NCBI GenBank assembly: GCA_964429815.1
Contig: CAYSCM010000001.1
Span: 192,001 to 256,000 of the forward strand
Length of the DNA: 64,000 nt
Direction of reading: 5' to 3'
Origin: an uncultured Candidatus Saccharibacteria bacterium
GTDB lineage: Bacteria > Patescibacteriota > Minisyncoccia > Phycocordibacterales > CAYSCM01
Below the pieces are notes generated by a model. The model made no database searches and was not told where the DNA came from. It saw only the letters and a program-made list of their open reading frames with translations. Position numbers and translations under genes: made by a program. Below are positions 8,830-18,443 of this stretch, piece after piece; the first letter of the stretch is position 1; every line of letters starts with the position of its first letter.

Positions 8830-9732
8830 TTAGGAGAGGGGTTCGCGGTAGGGGTCGACTTTTGGCTTTTCAGGACCTGCGGAGGCGGAGGGGCCTATCG
8901 GTGGCACGATTTTTTTCTCCTGCATCGGGGAGCGCACCTGGCTTTGGAGCTTCGCCGCGGTGAAGTCTTGTCCAAAAGTGCGAAGTGGGGGAAGTGAGCT
9001 TTCCTGCACCGGCGCTCCCACCACCGGCCCTCTATTAATAGAGGGGGTCGGGGCAGGTTGCGGTGCGACCAGAGATGTGGCTTTTGTCGGAGCTGAGGAG
9101 ACCGAGGCCGGACGGACGGGAATTTCTGGCGTCTTTTGAAGAGCAGCTATCGCGTCGGCGAGAGCTTCTCTGCCGCCGGGCGCCGTCGAGGGGCGCGCAG
9201 GAATTGAACTCGAAAGTGGAGGTTTTGTCTGGGGAGGGGGCGGGGCTTGCCTTGGTACTTGCTCCCCAGGTGGCCTTTGTGGTTGCGGGGTTTGCGTCGC
9301 GGGTTGCGGTCGTGGTGTTTGTTGGGGTGCGGCTCCTCCTTCCCCACCGCGGGCATGTGCGAAGGGGGCGGATTGAAGGGAGGGCGTTATATCTCCTTTG
9401 AGAGGAGTTTGTTTTGAGGGTTCCTCGGTAATTTTTTTAAGAGAGTCGCGAATGGGTTTAAAAATCTGTTCATTAACATCCAGAACAACCGAGCCGACTT
9501 TTTCTACAGGAAAACCACGTTTTCGAAGTTCATCTGGTAGTACCTCAGCCTTAATTTCTCCAAGAATGACTAGCGTGATTACATCACTAAGAAGACCAAC
9601 CTTATCAATGAGTAGCGCCTGTTTCCTACCAATGGCTTGAATAGCTTCTGTTACTTTCTCAGAAAAAAGAACGTCTTGGAGTTCTGAAGGAAGTTGGAAT
9701 ATCCGTCTTATTTTTTGCTTAGTATCGATCAT
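8830..9732 (-). CDS. hypothetical protein with long Pro/Gln/Ala-rich low-complexity C-terminal half
   Basis: 300-aa ORF. N-terminal globular part (about 110 aa), then PQPATQTPQPQRPPGEQVPRQAPPPPQTKPP-type proline-rich tract. Confidence 0.45.
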   Translation of the reverse strand: MIDTKQKIRRIFQLPSELQDVLFSEKVTEAIQAIGRKQALLIDKVGLLSDVITLVILGEIKAEVLPDELRKRGFPVEKVGSVVLDVNEQIFKPIRDSLKKITEEPSKQTPLKGDITPSLQSAPFAHARGGEGGAAPQQTPRPQPATQTPQPQRPPGEQVPRQAPPPPQTKPPLSSSIPARPSTAPGGREALADAIAALQKTPEIPVRPASVSSAPTKATSLVAPQPAPTPSINRGPVVGAPVQESSLPPLRTFGQDFTAAKLQSQVRSPMQEKKIVPPIGPSASAGPEKPKVDPYREPLS

Positions 9733-9737
9733 ACTTC

Positions 9738-12182
9738 TTATGGAATCCTACCGAGAGTGTGGAAGAGACGTCCCCCTTGGCTATTTCCAAAGTTTGCTAG
9801 CGCAAGTATGGCAGGATCGGTCGCACCCGCGTTTCGGCGATTAATTACTTCTTGCATAATGGCATTACCAGCACCCACATCAGCGCCTGCTTTCATCATT
9901 TCTCGAAGCGCTTCTTGTTTTAGGTGAGGAACAAGCTCGGGAAGGAGGGTGGCTCTCGTACTTGAATCGTCATAGAGACCCAGCGCCATTTTGGCCATTG
10001 CCTTGGGATCAACCCGCAACTTCTTAATATCCGTACCAAAGGTTCCAATCGCTCCATGGCCCAGAGACTCTTTAAGGAAATCCCCTCGCTGTTTACCAAG
10101 TGCCGCTTTAATACTGGCGGCGATCTTGTCGCTTTTCATAACCTCGTCGTATTTATCCTGGGACAGTGTCCTCGCCAAGGTGTCGATTTGTCCAGCGAGG
10201 GCCTTTTCAGTAATTATGAGCTCGAGCTCTTTATTGTTTACCTTGTCGAATTTCTTTATTAACTCCTCGTCTTCCGCTGAAAGATGGCCAGGAATTGCGG
10301 CCGCTGCCGCACGTGCAGCATTTTCCAGAAGTTCTTTGTGACGAGCGGTGGTTACTTTATCGCGCATTTCGTCGGTGTACTTATCATTTTTCACATCAGA
10401 TATGGATAGATACTGTGAAGAGGTAAGATTCTTCGCTACCCAGTCTTTTGTCAAAGTCTTCACCCCCAAAGAGGCCAGCTGCGTATCACTCATCGCACCA
10501 AGAGCTCGAAGACCTTTTGCTTCAGCTTCTTGTTTTTGTGCGTCTGTGTATTTTGTTGGATTCTCACTGATCTCAATCGCGCGCTCAATGTCGTCGCGGA
10601 AGTCTGCCTCCCTGCGTACCGCAGCACGCCCGAGCTTTTCCTTCTTAACCTCTTCCTTGATCGCGACTCCTGATTTAGTCGTTCCAAACTTAGCACCTGC
10701 AATTAGGCCGGTGGTGTACTTGCGGGCAAGGGAACCCAACTGGGTCCCACCAATAAGGCGTGACTGAGCGAGCCTTTGATCAAGGTTCGCAATGGGCCTG
10801 CCAATTGCATTGCGGGCCAGGAAGCCACCGCCGTATTTGCCGATAGATTTTACAGTAAAGTTGATTGCATTCAGGCCTTCATTGCCAATTTTTTTTGCAA
10901 CCGATAGGGTTAGAAGTGATAATCCAATAACAACTGCAAAGTTTATTAGCAATTGGATTGATCCGGGGGCAGTAGCCGCCGAGCTTCCGTCCGCTAGGTC
11001 CGCAAACGTTCCATTACCAATAGCGGTTTGAAATGCTGGATTTTTCATTACACCCAACACGAACCACAATAATCCAAAGTAGGCCGGTAGCATTATCGCA
11101 TTTGACCAAAGCGCCCCCCACCACTGGTTCCATAGTCCACCGAAGAAGGGTAAAAAACGAGCAAGCACAGCTAACGGAGAGGTGACCATTAGCACAAGGA
11201 ATACAATAATTCGCCCAATTATATGTAAAGCAGCGATGAGGAATGAATAGGCAAGGATTATAAAGAGAATGCAGCCAAGCATACTCAAAAGAAAACTATT
11301 GCCATTACTGAGCAGGGCGGCCGCCCTACTGCCGGTGAAGTTTTTCAAATCATATAAAGACCCCATCCGTAAAACTTGCATAAACTGTCCCGATAGCCCG
11401 ACATCCGAGTTTAGAAATTGATCAGTCTGCCCCTTCGCAAGTAACTGAGTGTAGAACTGTGTTGAAATATAATTACTTGCATCGATTACGACCCTTGTTA
11501 GAGCGAAGCTAAAATTTATCAGTAACGCCGCTATTACCACGTTCGCCAAAAGTTTTTTTGCCCCGTATTGTTGTACCCGCAATATGGTGGAAATGCCGAT
11601 AATCAAAAGGCTGAAAATAAGAACAATATTCGCCACATCACGAATGGTCATCCAAAATCCGTCGAGAGTACCGAAGGTCTTTATTGTTGTTCCAAAGTCA
11701 AGAACACCCCACACCACCACCTTGTTCAAGAAGAACCCGGCAACTCCCAGAATCCAAGCAAACAAGGTTAGGAATGCGTACCCAATACATCCGATGGAAA
11801 TATCAGGAATAAAGCCGACGTACGGGTCACAGTTGGGTGGCTTACTTCGTATATCGTCACCCTTTTTCTTTGAGGCATCGGCTGCTTGTGTATCGGTACT
11901 TTCCCTTACGTCTGCATCACTCACAGCGTCACCCTTTACGGTAATTAAGGAACCATCGGCCGCACGATAAAAATACGGATCAGTTATGTTTTTCCCTGGG
12001 CCAAGCAATGTATAGGTCTTTCCATTCCAAGTGCAAGCTGGGGGGTAGTTGTTTGCGCCAGTGGCTGTGCAAAGAGGGTCCGCGGCGAGAGCAACTTCTG
12101 TATGTAGTGAAAAGCCATACCCAACCACAAAAGACTTTAAGATGAAAATTGTGAGTAGTAATGTTGAAACAGCTTTTCTCAT
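9738..12182 (-). CDS. VirB6/TrbL-like polytopic membrane protein with signal peptide, extracellular N-domain, about 8 TM helices and 380-aa hydrophilic C-terminal tail
   Basis: 814 aa. Topology (signal peptide, about 8 TM helices, long charged Lys/Glu-rich tail) resembles conjugation-channel VirB6/TrbL proteins. Assignment is by architecture and context, not by a signature motif. Confidence 0.45.
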   Translation of the reverse strand: MRKAVSTLLLTIFILKSFVVGYGFSLHTEVALAADPLCTATGANNYPPACTWNGKTYTLLGPGKNITDPYFYRAADGSLITVKGDAVSDADVRESTDTQAADASKKKGDDIRSKPPNCDPYVGFIPDISIGCIGYAFLTLFAWILGVAGFFLNKVVVWGVLDFGTTIKTFGTLDGFWMTIRDVANIVLIFSLLIIGISTILRVQQYGAKKLLANVVIAALLINFSFALTRVVIDASNYISTQFYTQLLAKGQTDQFLNSDVGLSGQFMQVLRMGSLYDLKNFTGSRAAALLSNGNSFLLSMLGCILFIILAYSFLIAALHIIGRIIVFLVLMVTSPLAVLARFLPFFGGLWNQWWGALWSNAIMLPAYFGLLWFVLGVMKNPAFQTAIGNGTFADLADGSSAATAPGSIQLLINFAVVIGLSLLTLSVAKKIGNEGLNAINFTVKSIGKYGGGFLARNAIGRPIANLDQRLAQSRLIGGTQLGSLARKYTTGLIAGAKFGTTKSGVAIKEEVKKEKLGRAAVRREADFRDDIERAIEISENPTKYTDAQKQEAEAKGLRALGAMSDTQLASLGVKTLTKDWVAKNLTSSQYLSISDVKNDKYTDEMRDKVTTARHKELLENAARAAAAAIPGHLSAEDEELIKKFDKVNNKELELIITEKALAGQIDTLARTLSQDKYDEVMKSDKIAASIKAALGKQRGDFLKESLGHGAIGTFGTDIKKLRVDPKAMAKMALGLYDDSSTRATLLPELVPHLKQEALREMMKAGADVGAGNAIMQEVINRRNAGATDPAILALANFGNSQGGRLFHTLGRIP

Positions 12183-13840
12183 ATCGTTTGTTGTTGCGGG
12201 AAGGCGTAGCAGGCATCGAGCCTCTGCAAGGCGTCCTGAATGAGCGGATTTATTTCGGCGAGCATGTCGGACTGCTCTTGCTGCGCTGTTGCGATATCGG
12301 CATCGGAGGGGAGCGCGCCGGAGGATGTGAGTGCAGTGAACTGGGCCGAAGCGGCATCGAGCTCGTCGGGAGAAGTTGCATTCTGTATCTGGGATTCAAG
12401 TTGATACGCCTGGTTGATAGCACCCTGTGTTTTGGCGATTTGAGCCGAGAGAGCCACCTTCTTGGTCGTGACGAGGCTCGCCTGCGTCGTCGAGGCGGCG
12501 AGAATGCTTCGCTGCGCCGTCGCTAGGTCGGTGGAGCTGAGGGAAGAGCTGGCAATTTTGTTCCGGTAACAGTCAATGAGGCTCCCGAAATCGCTGTCGG
12601 CGATGAGCACTTGGTTTAGCGTCGCCTGCTTGACGCTTATGTACTGCTGGGCTTTAGCGATCGAGACATCGACGAGCGAGAGACCCGCACTTTGACGCCC
12701 CGAAATTTCTGCTGATTGCGCGTTGGCGACGTAGACGTCAAGTGCGGTACCGCCGCCAAACTGGCCGTTTTGCGTCGAGAGACCCTTGACGCCGCCGAGC
12801 GCGAGAAGGCCTTGCTTGATGAGCTGTCCGACGAGCGCGGAGATGATGGAGTTTATGTCATTGGCGAGCTCGAGCTGGTCTATATCGGTGCCTAGGACTT
12901 TTGAGAGCTGATCTTGTATCGCCGCTCCCGGGGTGACGATGGTGCAATTTGCTTTCGGGTCCGTTTTATAAGGATCTTGTCCAGGATAGTAGGTCGTGAA
13001 GGTGCCGCCGGTGCCGCTTGTTCCGTCGCTGTAGGTGGTTATAGGTGATTGGCTGCTGCACTGTTTGAACGAGAAGAAGCCGCGGCCGAACTCAAGAAGC
13101 TTCGTGTTGGTGTACTGCGCGCTCGCGATACGCACGGAGAGCTCGCTCTGTGCCATGAGGTAGGAGCCATAGGGATTGTTTTGCGGATTGGTTGTCATCG
13201 CAAACCACGCGGGCCAACCGCCGGCAGCAAAATTCGTGAACGCACTGTTGACGTTTCCGACGACGCTTGAGAGTGTGCAGCGCGCTTTGTTTTGGTACGG
13301 TTGGAAATTAAGCGCGAGCGCGACGCGCACCTGGAGCTGAAAGGGGGAACACAGGAATGAGAGTTCGGAGCCGTAAATAAATTCTCCTATCACCTGGTCG
13401 GCGACGTTGGTGAGGAATCCTTGAAGGTCGGTGACGAAGGCGGGATTCCCCTGAAAGCCGTTGTTTATCCAATTGACGATGCTTCTGGTGAGCTGCGCAA
13501 GGAGCGTCTTGGCGATGAGGATGATGATGGGCTTAATAACACAGTCATGAATGGTCGCGCTTTCGGTCGCGCCCTGGATGCCACCGCTCGCGATATGGAG
13601 ATACTTGTCTACGGCTGGGACATCAGCAGCTTGAAGTCCTATAGAACTGACCCCCGTTGCCTTGCCCTGAATAAGGGAGCTTAGGCAGAAAGCCGTATCG
13701 GGGCCGGCGGGAGTCTGAGCACTCGCCCTCTGGGGGAAGAAAGAAATAGCGGCAGCCCATGGCGCCAGAAGCACGACGAGGAGGAGCCCGGCGATTTGCC
13801 TTTGCATTGAGCCACGGATTGTAGAAATAAGCCCCCTCAT
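12179..13840 (-). CDS. hypothetical secreted protein (553 aa, signal peptide) of T4SS-like operon
   Basis: Signal peptide IAGLLLVVLLAPWAAAISFFPQRASAQ. Gln/Ala/Ser-rich C-terminal half. Start overlaps the stop of the upstream gene by 4 nt. Confidence 0.45.
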   Translation of the reverse strand: MRGLISTIRGSMQRQIAGLLLVVLLAPWAAAISFFPQRASAQTPAGPDTAFCLSSLIQGKATGVSSIGLQAADVPAVDKYLHIASGGIQGATESATIHDCVIKPIIILIAKTLLAQLTRSIVNWINNGFQGNPAFVTDLQGFLTNVADQVIGEFIYGSELSFLCSPFQLQVRVALALNFQPYQNKARCTLSSVVGNVNSAFTNFAAGGWPAWFAMTTNPQNNPYGSYLMAQSELSVRIASAQYTNTKLLEFGRGFFSFKQCSSQSPITTYSDGTSGTGGTFTTYYPGQDPYKTDPKANCTIVTPGAAIQDQLSKVLGTDIDQLELANDINSIISALVGQLIKQGLLALGGVKGLSTQNGQFGGGTALDVYVANAQSAEISGRQSAGLSLVDVSIAKAQQYISVKQATLNQVLIADSDFGSLIDCYRNKIASSSLSSTDLATAQRSILAASTTQASLVTTKKVALSAQIAKTQGAINQAYQLESQIQNATSPDELDAASAQFTALTSSGALPSDADIATAQQEQSDMLAEINPLIQDALQRLDACYAFPQQQTI

Positions 13841-14805
13841 GAAGAAAGCGTAAGCTTGAGGTTATTCACGAGCATAAAGCTTCCTAGGGTGCGGAAGGAC
13901 TGGTTGAGCGCGGCTTCTCGCGCCTCATAGCCGCTCATGGCGACGAAGGCGACGAGAGGGTCGGTCGCGATGGTCTCGAGGTCGGCGAGCGTTGCCTTCA
14001 TGCCCGAGAGAGCGTTGAGGAGTCCCACATGTGCCGAAAGTGCGTCGCGCGGAACGTTCATCGACACGAGCGCGCGGATACTTTCCCCATAGAGCGCGAC
14101 GTCGTGCTTGTAGGTCATCATCCCGTTTGGATCTTGACCGCTGATGGCATTCTGGAGCGTGAGAAGCTCGTACTCTTTGATGGAAAGGACCGGTGCGAGC
14201 GCGGCGCTGAGGGCACGGTTGTATGCGGCAAGCGTCGACGATGAGGTGCCGGTGACGGAAACGTCGCCGGCTGCGTACACCGTTGGTTTGGTCGCGACGT
14301 TGCCGCTTGCGGCTACGGCATTGACGACCGCCTGCTCATCCTCGGGGGTGAGCGTCTGGCCGCCCTGCTTTTTGCTCAAATAATTTTTGAACAGATTGAT
14401 GGCAAGCGCGTCGGTGTTGCTGAGGCCATTGCCGGGGGCGGTACGAGCGGTAAGGTCGAGCGTCGATCCTGGAGACGTGACAGACGGACTTTTTCCCTCC
14501 CCCGGTGTGAGAGGGTCGCGGCCCTGCGCGACTTCCTGTCCGTCGGAGACCCCGTCGCCGTCGGTGTCGGGATTGTGCGGATCGGTGCCGCGGAGTTGTT
14601 CTTCCCAGTCGGGAAGGCCGTCCCCGTCACTGTCCTTACTTGCCGACGCTATAAGAGCGCTACTTATAGCATCTTCCGAGCTCGCAAGTGAGGGGGAGGA
14701 TGGGGTTTTTGGTTGTAGGAGCGTGAAAAAGGCGACTAAGGCGACGAAAAGAGCCACCACAATGAAAACAAGTACCAGCCCTCTGCTTGGTAGCCACTTG
14801 TACAC
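13837..14805 (-). CDS. membrane-anchored protein with thrombospondin-type-3-like calcium-binding repeats
   Basis: 322 aa. N-terminal TM helix LVLVFIVVALFVALVAFFTLL, then DSDGDGLPDWEE and DTDGDGVSDGQE repeats of DxDxDG type. Confidence 0.45.
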   Translation of the reverse strand: MYKWLPSRGLVLVFIVVALFVALVAFFTLLQPKTPSSPSLASSEDAISSALIASASKDSDGDGLPDWEEQLRGTDPHNPDTDGDGVSDGQEVAQGRDPLTPGEGKSPSVTSPGSTLDLTARTAPGNGLSNTDALAINLFKNYLSKKQGGQTLTPEDEQAVVNAVAASGNVATKPTVYAAGDVSVTGTSSSTLAAYNRALSAALAPVLSIKEYELLTLQNAISGQDPNGMMTYKHDVALYGESIRALVSMNVPRDALSAHVGLLNALSGMKATLADLETIATDPLVAFVAMSGYEAREAALNQSFRTLGSFMLVNNLKLTLSS

Positions 14806-14898
14806 ACCTTAAGTATAAGCGCCGACCCTGTAATCCCTCGCTATTTTGCTGTGAATACCGGCGCACGTTCCACAGGAATGAGCTATAGTTGGCTTATC

Positions 14899-15381
14899 AT
14901 GCGGAAAATCTCCCGTCTTGGAATCGTGACGCTCCTCCTCGGGGCATTTTTGCTTACGTTTTCGCCACTTTCCGGCGTTTTTGCTAAAACAGGCATGAGT
15001 ACAAACAAGGCATCGACGTTCGGCTTTATAGGGCTTGGAGCGTTAGGGCTTGGCATAGGAGCGTCTTTGTTTGGGAGCGGAGCGGGAACGGTAGCGAACG
15101 CACCAGCCGCCATCACCGCCTTCGGTGGGCTTATAACTAAAATAGTCCCTTGCACGAACGGCGGCTTCTGGATGCTTGTTGCCCAACCTCCCCCGAAACA
15201 ACCGACCATCCAAGCTCTGATCTGGACCCCCGCTACGCGGACTTATTTGTGGGGCCCTCCCCGCAAGGTGGGGCAATGGGTACTCGGCCGCTACGATATC
15301 CCCTACGCGTGCACCCAAGGACCACACATCCCAGCGCTCTATGGCTTTCGCATGACTATGGTCGGAACAAGCGCTATCTAA
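14899..15381 (+). CDS. small secreted protein with two hydrophobic segments (pilin/VirB2-like topology; speculative)
   Basis: ORF 14851..15381, probably starting at internal MRKISRLGIVTLLLGAFLL. Signal peptide followed by a second hydrophobic stretch FGFIGLGALGLGIGASLFGSGAG. Divergent from the T4SS-like operon. Confidence 0.3.
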   Translation: MRKISRLGIVTLLLGAFLLTFSPLSGVFAKTGMSTNKASTFGFIGLGALGLGIGASLFGSGAGTVANAPAAITAFGGLITKIVPCTNGGFWMLVAQPPPKQPTIQALIWTPATRTYLWGPPRKVGQWVLGRYDIPYACTQGPHIPALYGFRMTMVGTSAI

Positions 15382-15392
15382 CTGGCAATTAT

Positions 15393-16172
15393 TTAAAGCG
15401 CTTTCGCCAACGCAAGCCACGTTTCAAGTCCCACATCCTCGGCACGGGCTTTTTCGGAAAGTCTGAGGCGCGCGAAAAGCTCGAGGAGCTTTTCGCGCGG
15501 AGCAAACTTTTTCAGATTTCCAACGAGCTGTTTTCGTTTGCTCGAGAATCCCGCGCGAAGCAGTTTAAAAAATAATGCTTCGTCAGCGTCGGCGAAGTTC
15601 TTTCGTGAGATATCCTCGATATTCAAAACCGCGGAGTCGACCTTCGGAGTTGGCGCAAATGCGCCACGGGGAATTTTCGCTACGTAGCGGGGCCTTCCAA
15701 AAACTTTTACCGAAATGGAGAGAATACTTTCTTTTGTATCTTTGGCGATTCGCTTTGCCACATCGTCTTGCACGAGTAGCGTCATGCGCTCGGGAAATAT
15801 TGCGCTCGAAAGAAATGAGCGCAGAATTTCTCCCGTAATGTAGTAGGGAATGTTAGCGACCACTTTATATGCACCTGGCTTAAGGCCAAGCTTTGAAAGA
15901 GGAACATCGCGGATATCGGCGTTAATGAGCGTGAGTTTGTTACGCTCGATTTCCGTTTTAAATTTTTCTGAAAGAAGCGGAATGAGGTCGCGATCTTTTT
16001 CGATCGCGATGATATGGTGGGCCCGCAACAGTAGCTCTTGCGTAAGCACTCCCTGCCCGGGCCCGATCTCCAGAACGTTTTCTTCGGGGGTAATGTCGGC
16101 GGCGTCGACAATGCGCTTAAGCGCCGCTTGAGAGCGCAAAAAGTTTTGTCCTAAGGCCTTTTTTGCCTGCAT
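15393..16172 (-). CDS. rsmA: 16S rRNA (adenine1518/1519-N6)-dimethyltransferase RsmA/KsgA
   Basis: 259 aa. N-terminus ALGQNFL, SAM-binding motif VLEIGPGQGVLT, length typical of KsgA. Confidence 0.85.
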   Translation of the reverse strand: MQAKKALGQNFLRSQAALKRIVDAADITPEENVLEIGPGQGVLTQELLLRAHHIIAIEKDRDLIPLLSEKFKTEIERNKLTLINADIRDVPLSKLGLKPGAYKVVANIPYYITGEILRSFLSSAIFPERMTLLVQDDVAKRIAKDTKESILSISVKVFGRPRYVAKIPRGAFAPTPKVDSAVLNIEDISRKNFADADEALFFKLLRAGFSSKRKQLVGNLKKFAPREKLLELFARLRLSEKARAEDVGLETWLALAKAL

Positions 16173-16173
16173 G

Positions 16174-18108
16174 TCAGTCTAAATAGATCACCTTTCTCGG
16201 CATCTGCGGGTCGACCGTCTCGAGAAGATCCTCCGGTACGTCGGTGATGAACTCGGAGGGAACATTGACCTGACGTGCGCCGAACAGGGTGCGTACAGAT
16301 GCATACGAGAGGTAGAGTTTTTTGCGCGCGCGGGTGAGAGCCACGTAAAAGAGACGCCGCTCTTCCTCGTCGTCGCGTCTTTCATCGCCGAGCCCTTCGT
16401 GCGGGAAAAGCCCGTCTTCAAGGCCGGCAATGAACACGTAGTCGAACTCGAGGCCTTTGGCGGCGTGCACGGTCATAAGCCTGATGGCCGATTTCTTTTC
16501 ATCGAGCTCATCCTGCTCGCTTTGGAGCGCCGCATCGGAGAGCATCGTCTCGATGCCGGAGGGTATCGGCAGATGGTCATAGCGGCTCGCGAGCGTCGCA
16601 AGCTCGCGAATGTTCTCGAGTCGCTCGAGGTCTTCTTCCGTTCCTTTTTTCAAAAAATCCTCGATACCGGATGACTGCAGCGCTATTTTTACTACCTCGC
16701 TCGGAGATTTTGTTGCCACGGCCGCTTTTATTTTATCCAACGTGCTCGTGACAGCGGCGATTTTGGCGCGCATGTTTGCCGGTAACGTCTCTCTCTTACC
16801 TTCCAATAGTTTCAGGAGCGTCACCTTGCCGATACCGCGTGGCGGAAAACTGTACGCGCGCTTTACGTCCGAGATACTCTCACTGCCGAGCGCGAGCCGC
16901 AGATACGAGAGCACGTCCTTCACCTCCTTGCGCTCGAAGAAACGCACCCCGAGCACCTGGTAGGGAAGGTTTTCAGCCAGCATTGCCTCCTCTATAGCGC
17001 GCGACTGGAAGTTCGCGCGGTAGAGAACCGCGATTTCTTCCGGAGGGACGTACTGCAGAAGCTCTTTGGCGGTCGTCGCGATAAAGCGCGCTTCATCTAT
17101 CTCGTCATAGGCGCCATAGAGCGCCACCTTGTCCCCTTCAGGGTTGTCGGTGAAGAGGTTTTTTTCCTTTCGGCGAACGTTCTTTTTGATGATGTCGTTG
17201 GCGGCAGCAAGAATAGTCTTCGTCGAGCGATAGTTTTGTTCAAGCACTACGGTGCACACTCCAGAGTAATCCTTTTCAAAATTGAAAATGTGCTCGAGGT
17301 CCGCGCCGCGCCAGCTGTAGATGTTCTGGTCGATGTCGCCGACGACGCAAATATTCTTGTGTTTTCCGGCAAGGAGCTTTATGAGCTCGTACTGTACGCC
17401 GTTGGTGTCTTGGTATTCGTCGACATGGATGTACTTCCAGAGTCCCTGGTAGTAGTCGCGGATGGCGGAGTTTTCGCGCAGCAGGGTGAGGGTGCGCAGG
17501 AGAAGATCGTCGAAGTCGAGAGCCTTCTCTTCTCGCAGGGAGCGCTCGTACCGCTCCCACACCGCAAGAACGAGCCGTTTGAAAAAGTCGTTCCCCGGAT
17601 TCTCTCTAAACTGTGCGAGCGCAACCCCCTTCCCTTTCTCCCGCGAGATGGCCGAGAGAATACGGCGTGGCTCGAACTCCTTCGGATCGAACCCGGCTTC
17701 CGAGAGGGCTTCTTTCACCGCGCGAGTTGAGTCGGTGCGGTCGTAGATAGTGAAATTGCGGGGTATATTGAGGGCGCGGGAATTTTCTTTAAGGATGTGG
17801 ACGCCAAGGCTATGAAAGGTTGAAACAAAGGGGGCGCCCTCCGCGCGCATCAACGTGGAGCTTCGAAGGAGCGCGCGGACGCGCTCGCGCATCTCCTTGG
17901 CGGCTTTGTTGGTAAAGGTGACGGCGAGAATTTCATGGGGGGCGACGCCCGACTGAATGAGAACTCCGATACGATGTGTTATGACGCGGGTTTTGCCGGC
18001 CCCCGCTCCTGCGAGAATGAGGAGTGGGCCCTCGGTCTGAAGAACGGCCTTTTTTTGGACGGGATTGAGACCCTCGGTGAGCGAAGAAAAATCGCTTTTC
18101 ATCGGCAA
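16174..18108 (-). CDS. pcrA: ATP-dependent DNA helicase PcrA/UvrD family
   Basis: 644 aa. LNPVQKKAV, Walker A AGAGAGKT, helicase motif VTFTNKAAKEM, and DEYQDTN. Confidence 0.85.
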   Translation of the reverse strand: MPMKSDFSSLTEGLNPVQKKAVLQTEGPLLILAGAGAGKTRVITHRIGVLIQSGVAPHEILAVTFTNKAAKEMRERVRALLRSSTLMRAEGAPFVSTFHSLGVHILKENSRALNIPRNFTIYDRTDSTRAVKEALSEAGFDPKEFEPRRILSAISREKGKGVALAQFRENPGNDFFKRLVLAVWERYERSLREEKALDFDDLLLRTLTLLRENSAIRDYYQGLWKYIHVDEYQDTNGVQYELIKLLAGKHKNICVVGDIDQNIYSWRGADLEHIFNFEKDYSGVCTVVLEQNYRSTKTILAAANDIIKKNVRRKEKNLFTDNPEGDKVALYGAYDEIDEARFIATTAKELLQYVPPEEIAVLYRANFQSRAIEEAMLAENLPYQVLGVRFFERKEVKDVLSYLRLALGSESISDVKRAYSFPPRGIGKVTLLKLLEGKRETLPANMRAKIAAVTSTLDKIKAAVATKSPSEVVKIALQSSGIEDFLKKGTEEDLERLENIRELATLASRYDHLPIPSGIETMLSDAALQSEQDELDEKKSAIRLMTVHAAKGLEFDYVFIAGLEDGLFPHEGLGDERRDDEEERRLFYVALTRARKKLYLSYASVRTLFGARQVNVPSEFITDVPEDLLETVDPQMPRKVIYLD

Positions 18109-18147
18109 ACTATACCTCGCGCGACGCTCTTAAGAAAATGAGCAGCG

Positions 18148-18441
18148 CTATCCTTGAAGTTTTCTTGCGGCCACGAGAATTTTCGCGGCTTCTTCACTGA
18201 CGATGTGTTCGAAGTTTTTAAGGTGGGAGCACAAAAATTCATACACTTCCTCGGTCGAGGCGTTAGCGTCGATGAGGGAAGAAAGCTTAGAAACGTCCTT
18301 TTCTGAAAGTTCGCCAACGGAGCGCACCGAAACGGCCGCGAACACGGCCGTTGCTACGTCAGCGGATACTTCGGCCGCTCCCTCTGTAGTCAGTGTGTCG
18401 AGGGCGAGGAGTTCTGCGAGTGATTTTTGTTCGGAGTCCAT
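18148..18441 (-). CDS. small acidic hypothetical protein
   Basis: 97-aa ORF with plausible composition, co-directional with flanking genes. Confidence 0.3.
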   Translation of the reverse strand: MDSEQKSLAELLALDTLTTEGAAEVSADVATAVFAAVSVRSVGELSEKDVSKLSSLIDANASTEEVYEFLCSHLKNFEHIVSEEAAKILVAARKLQG

Positions 18442-18443
18442 GA

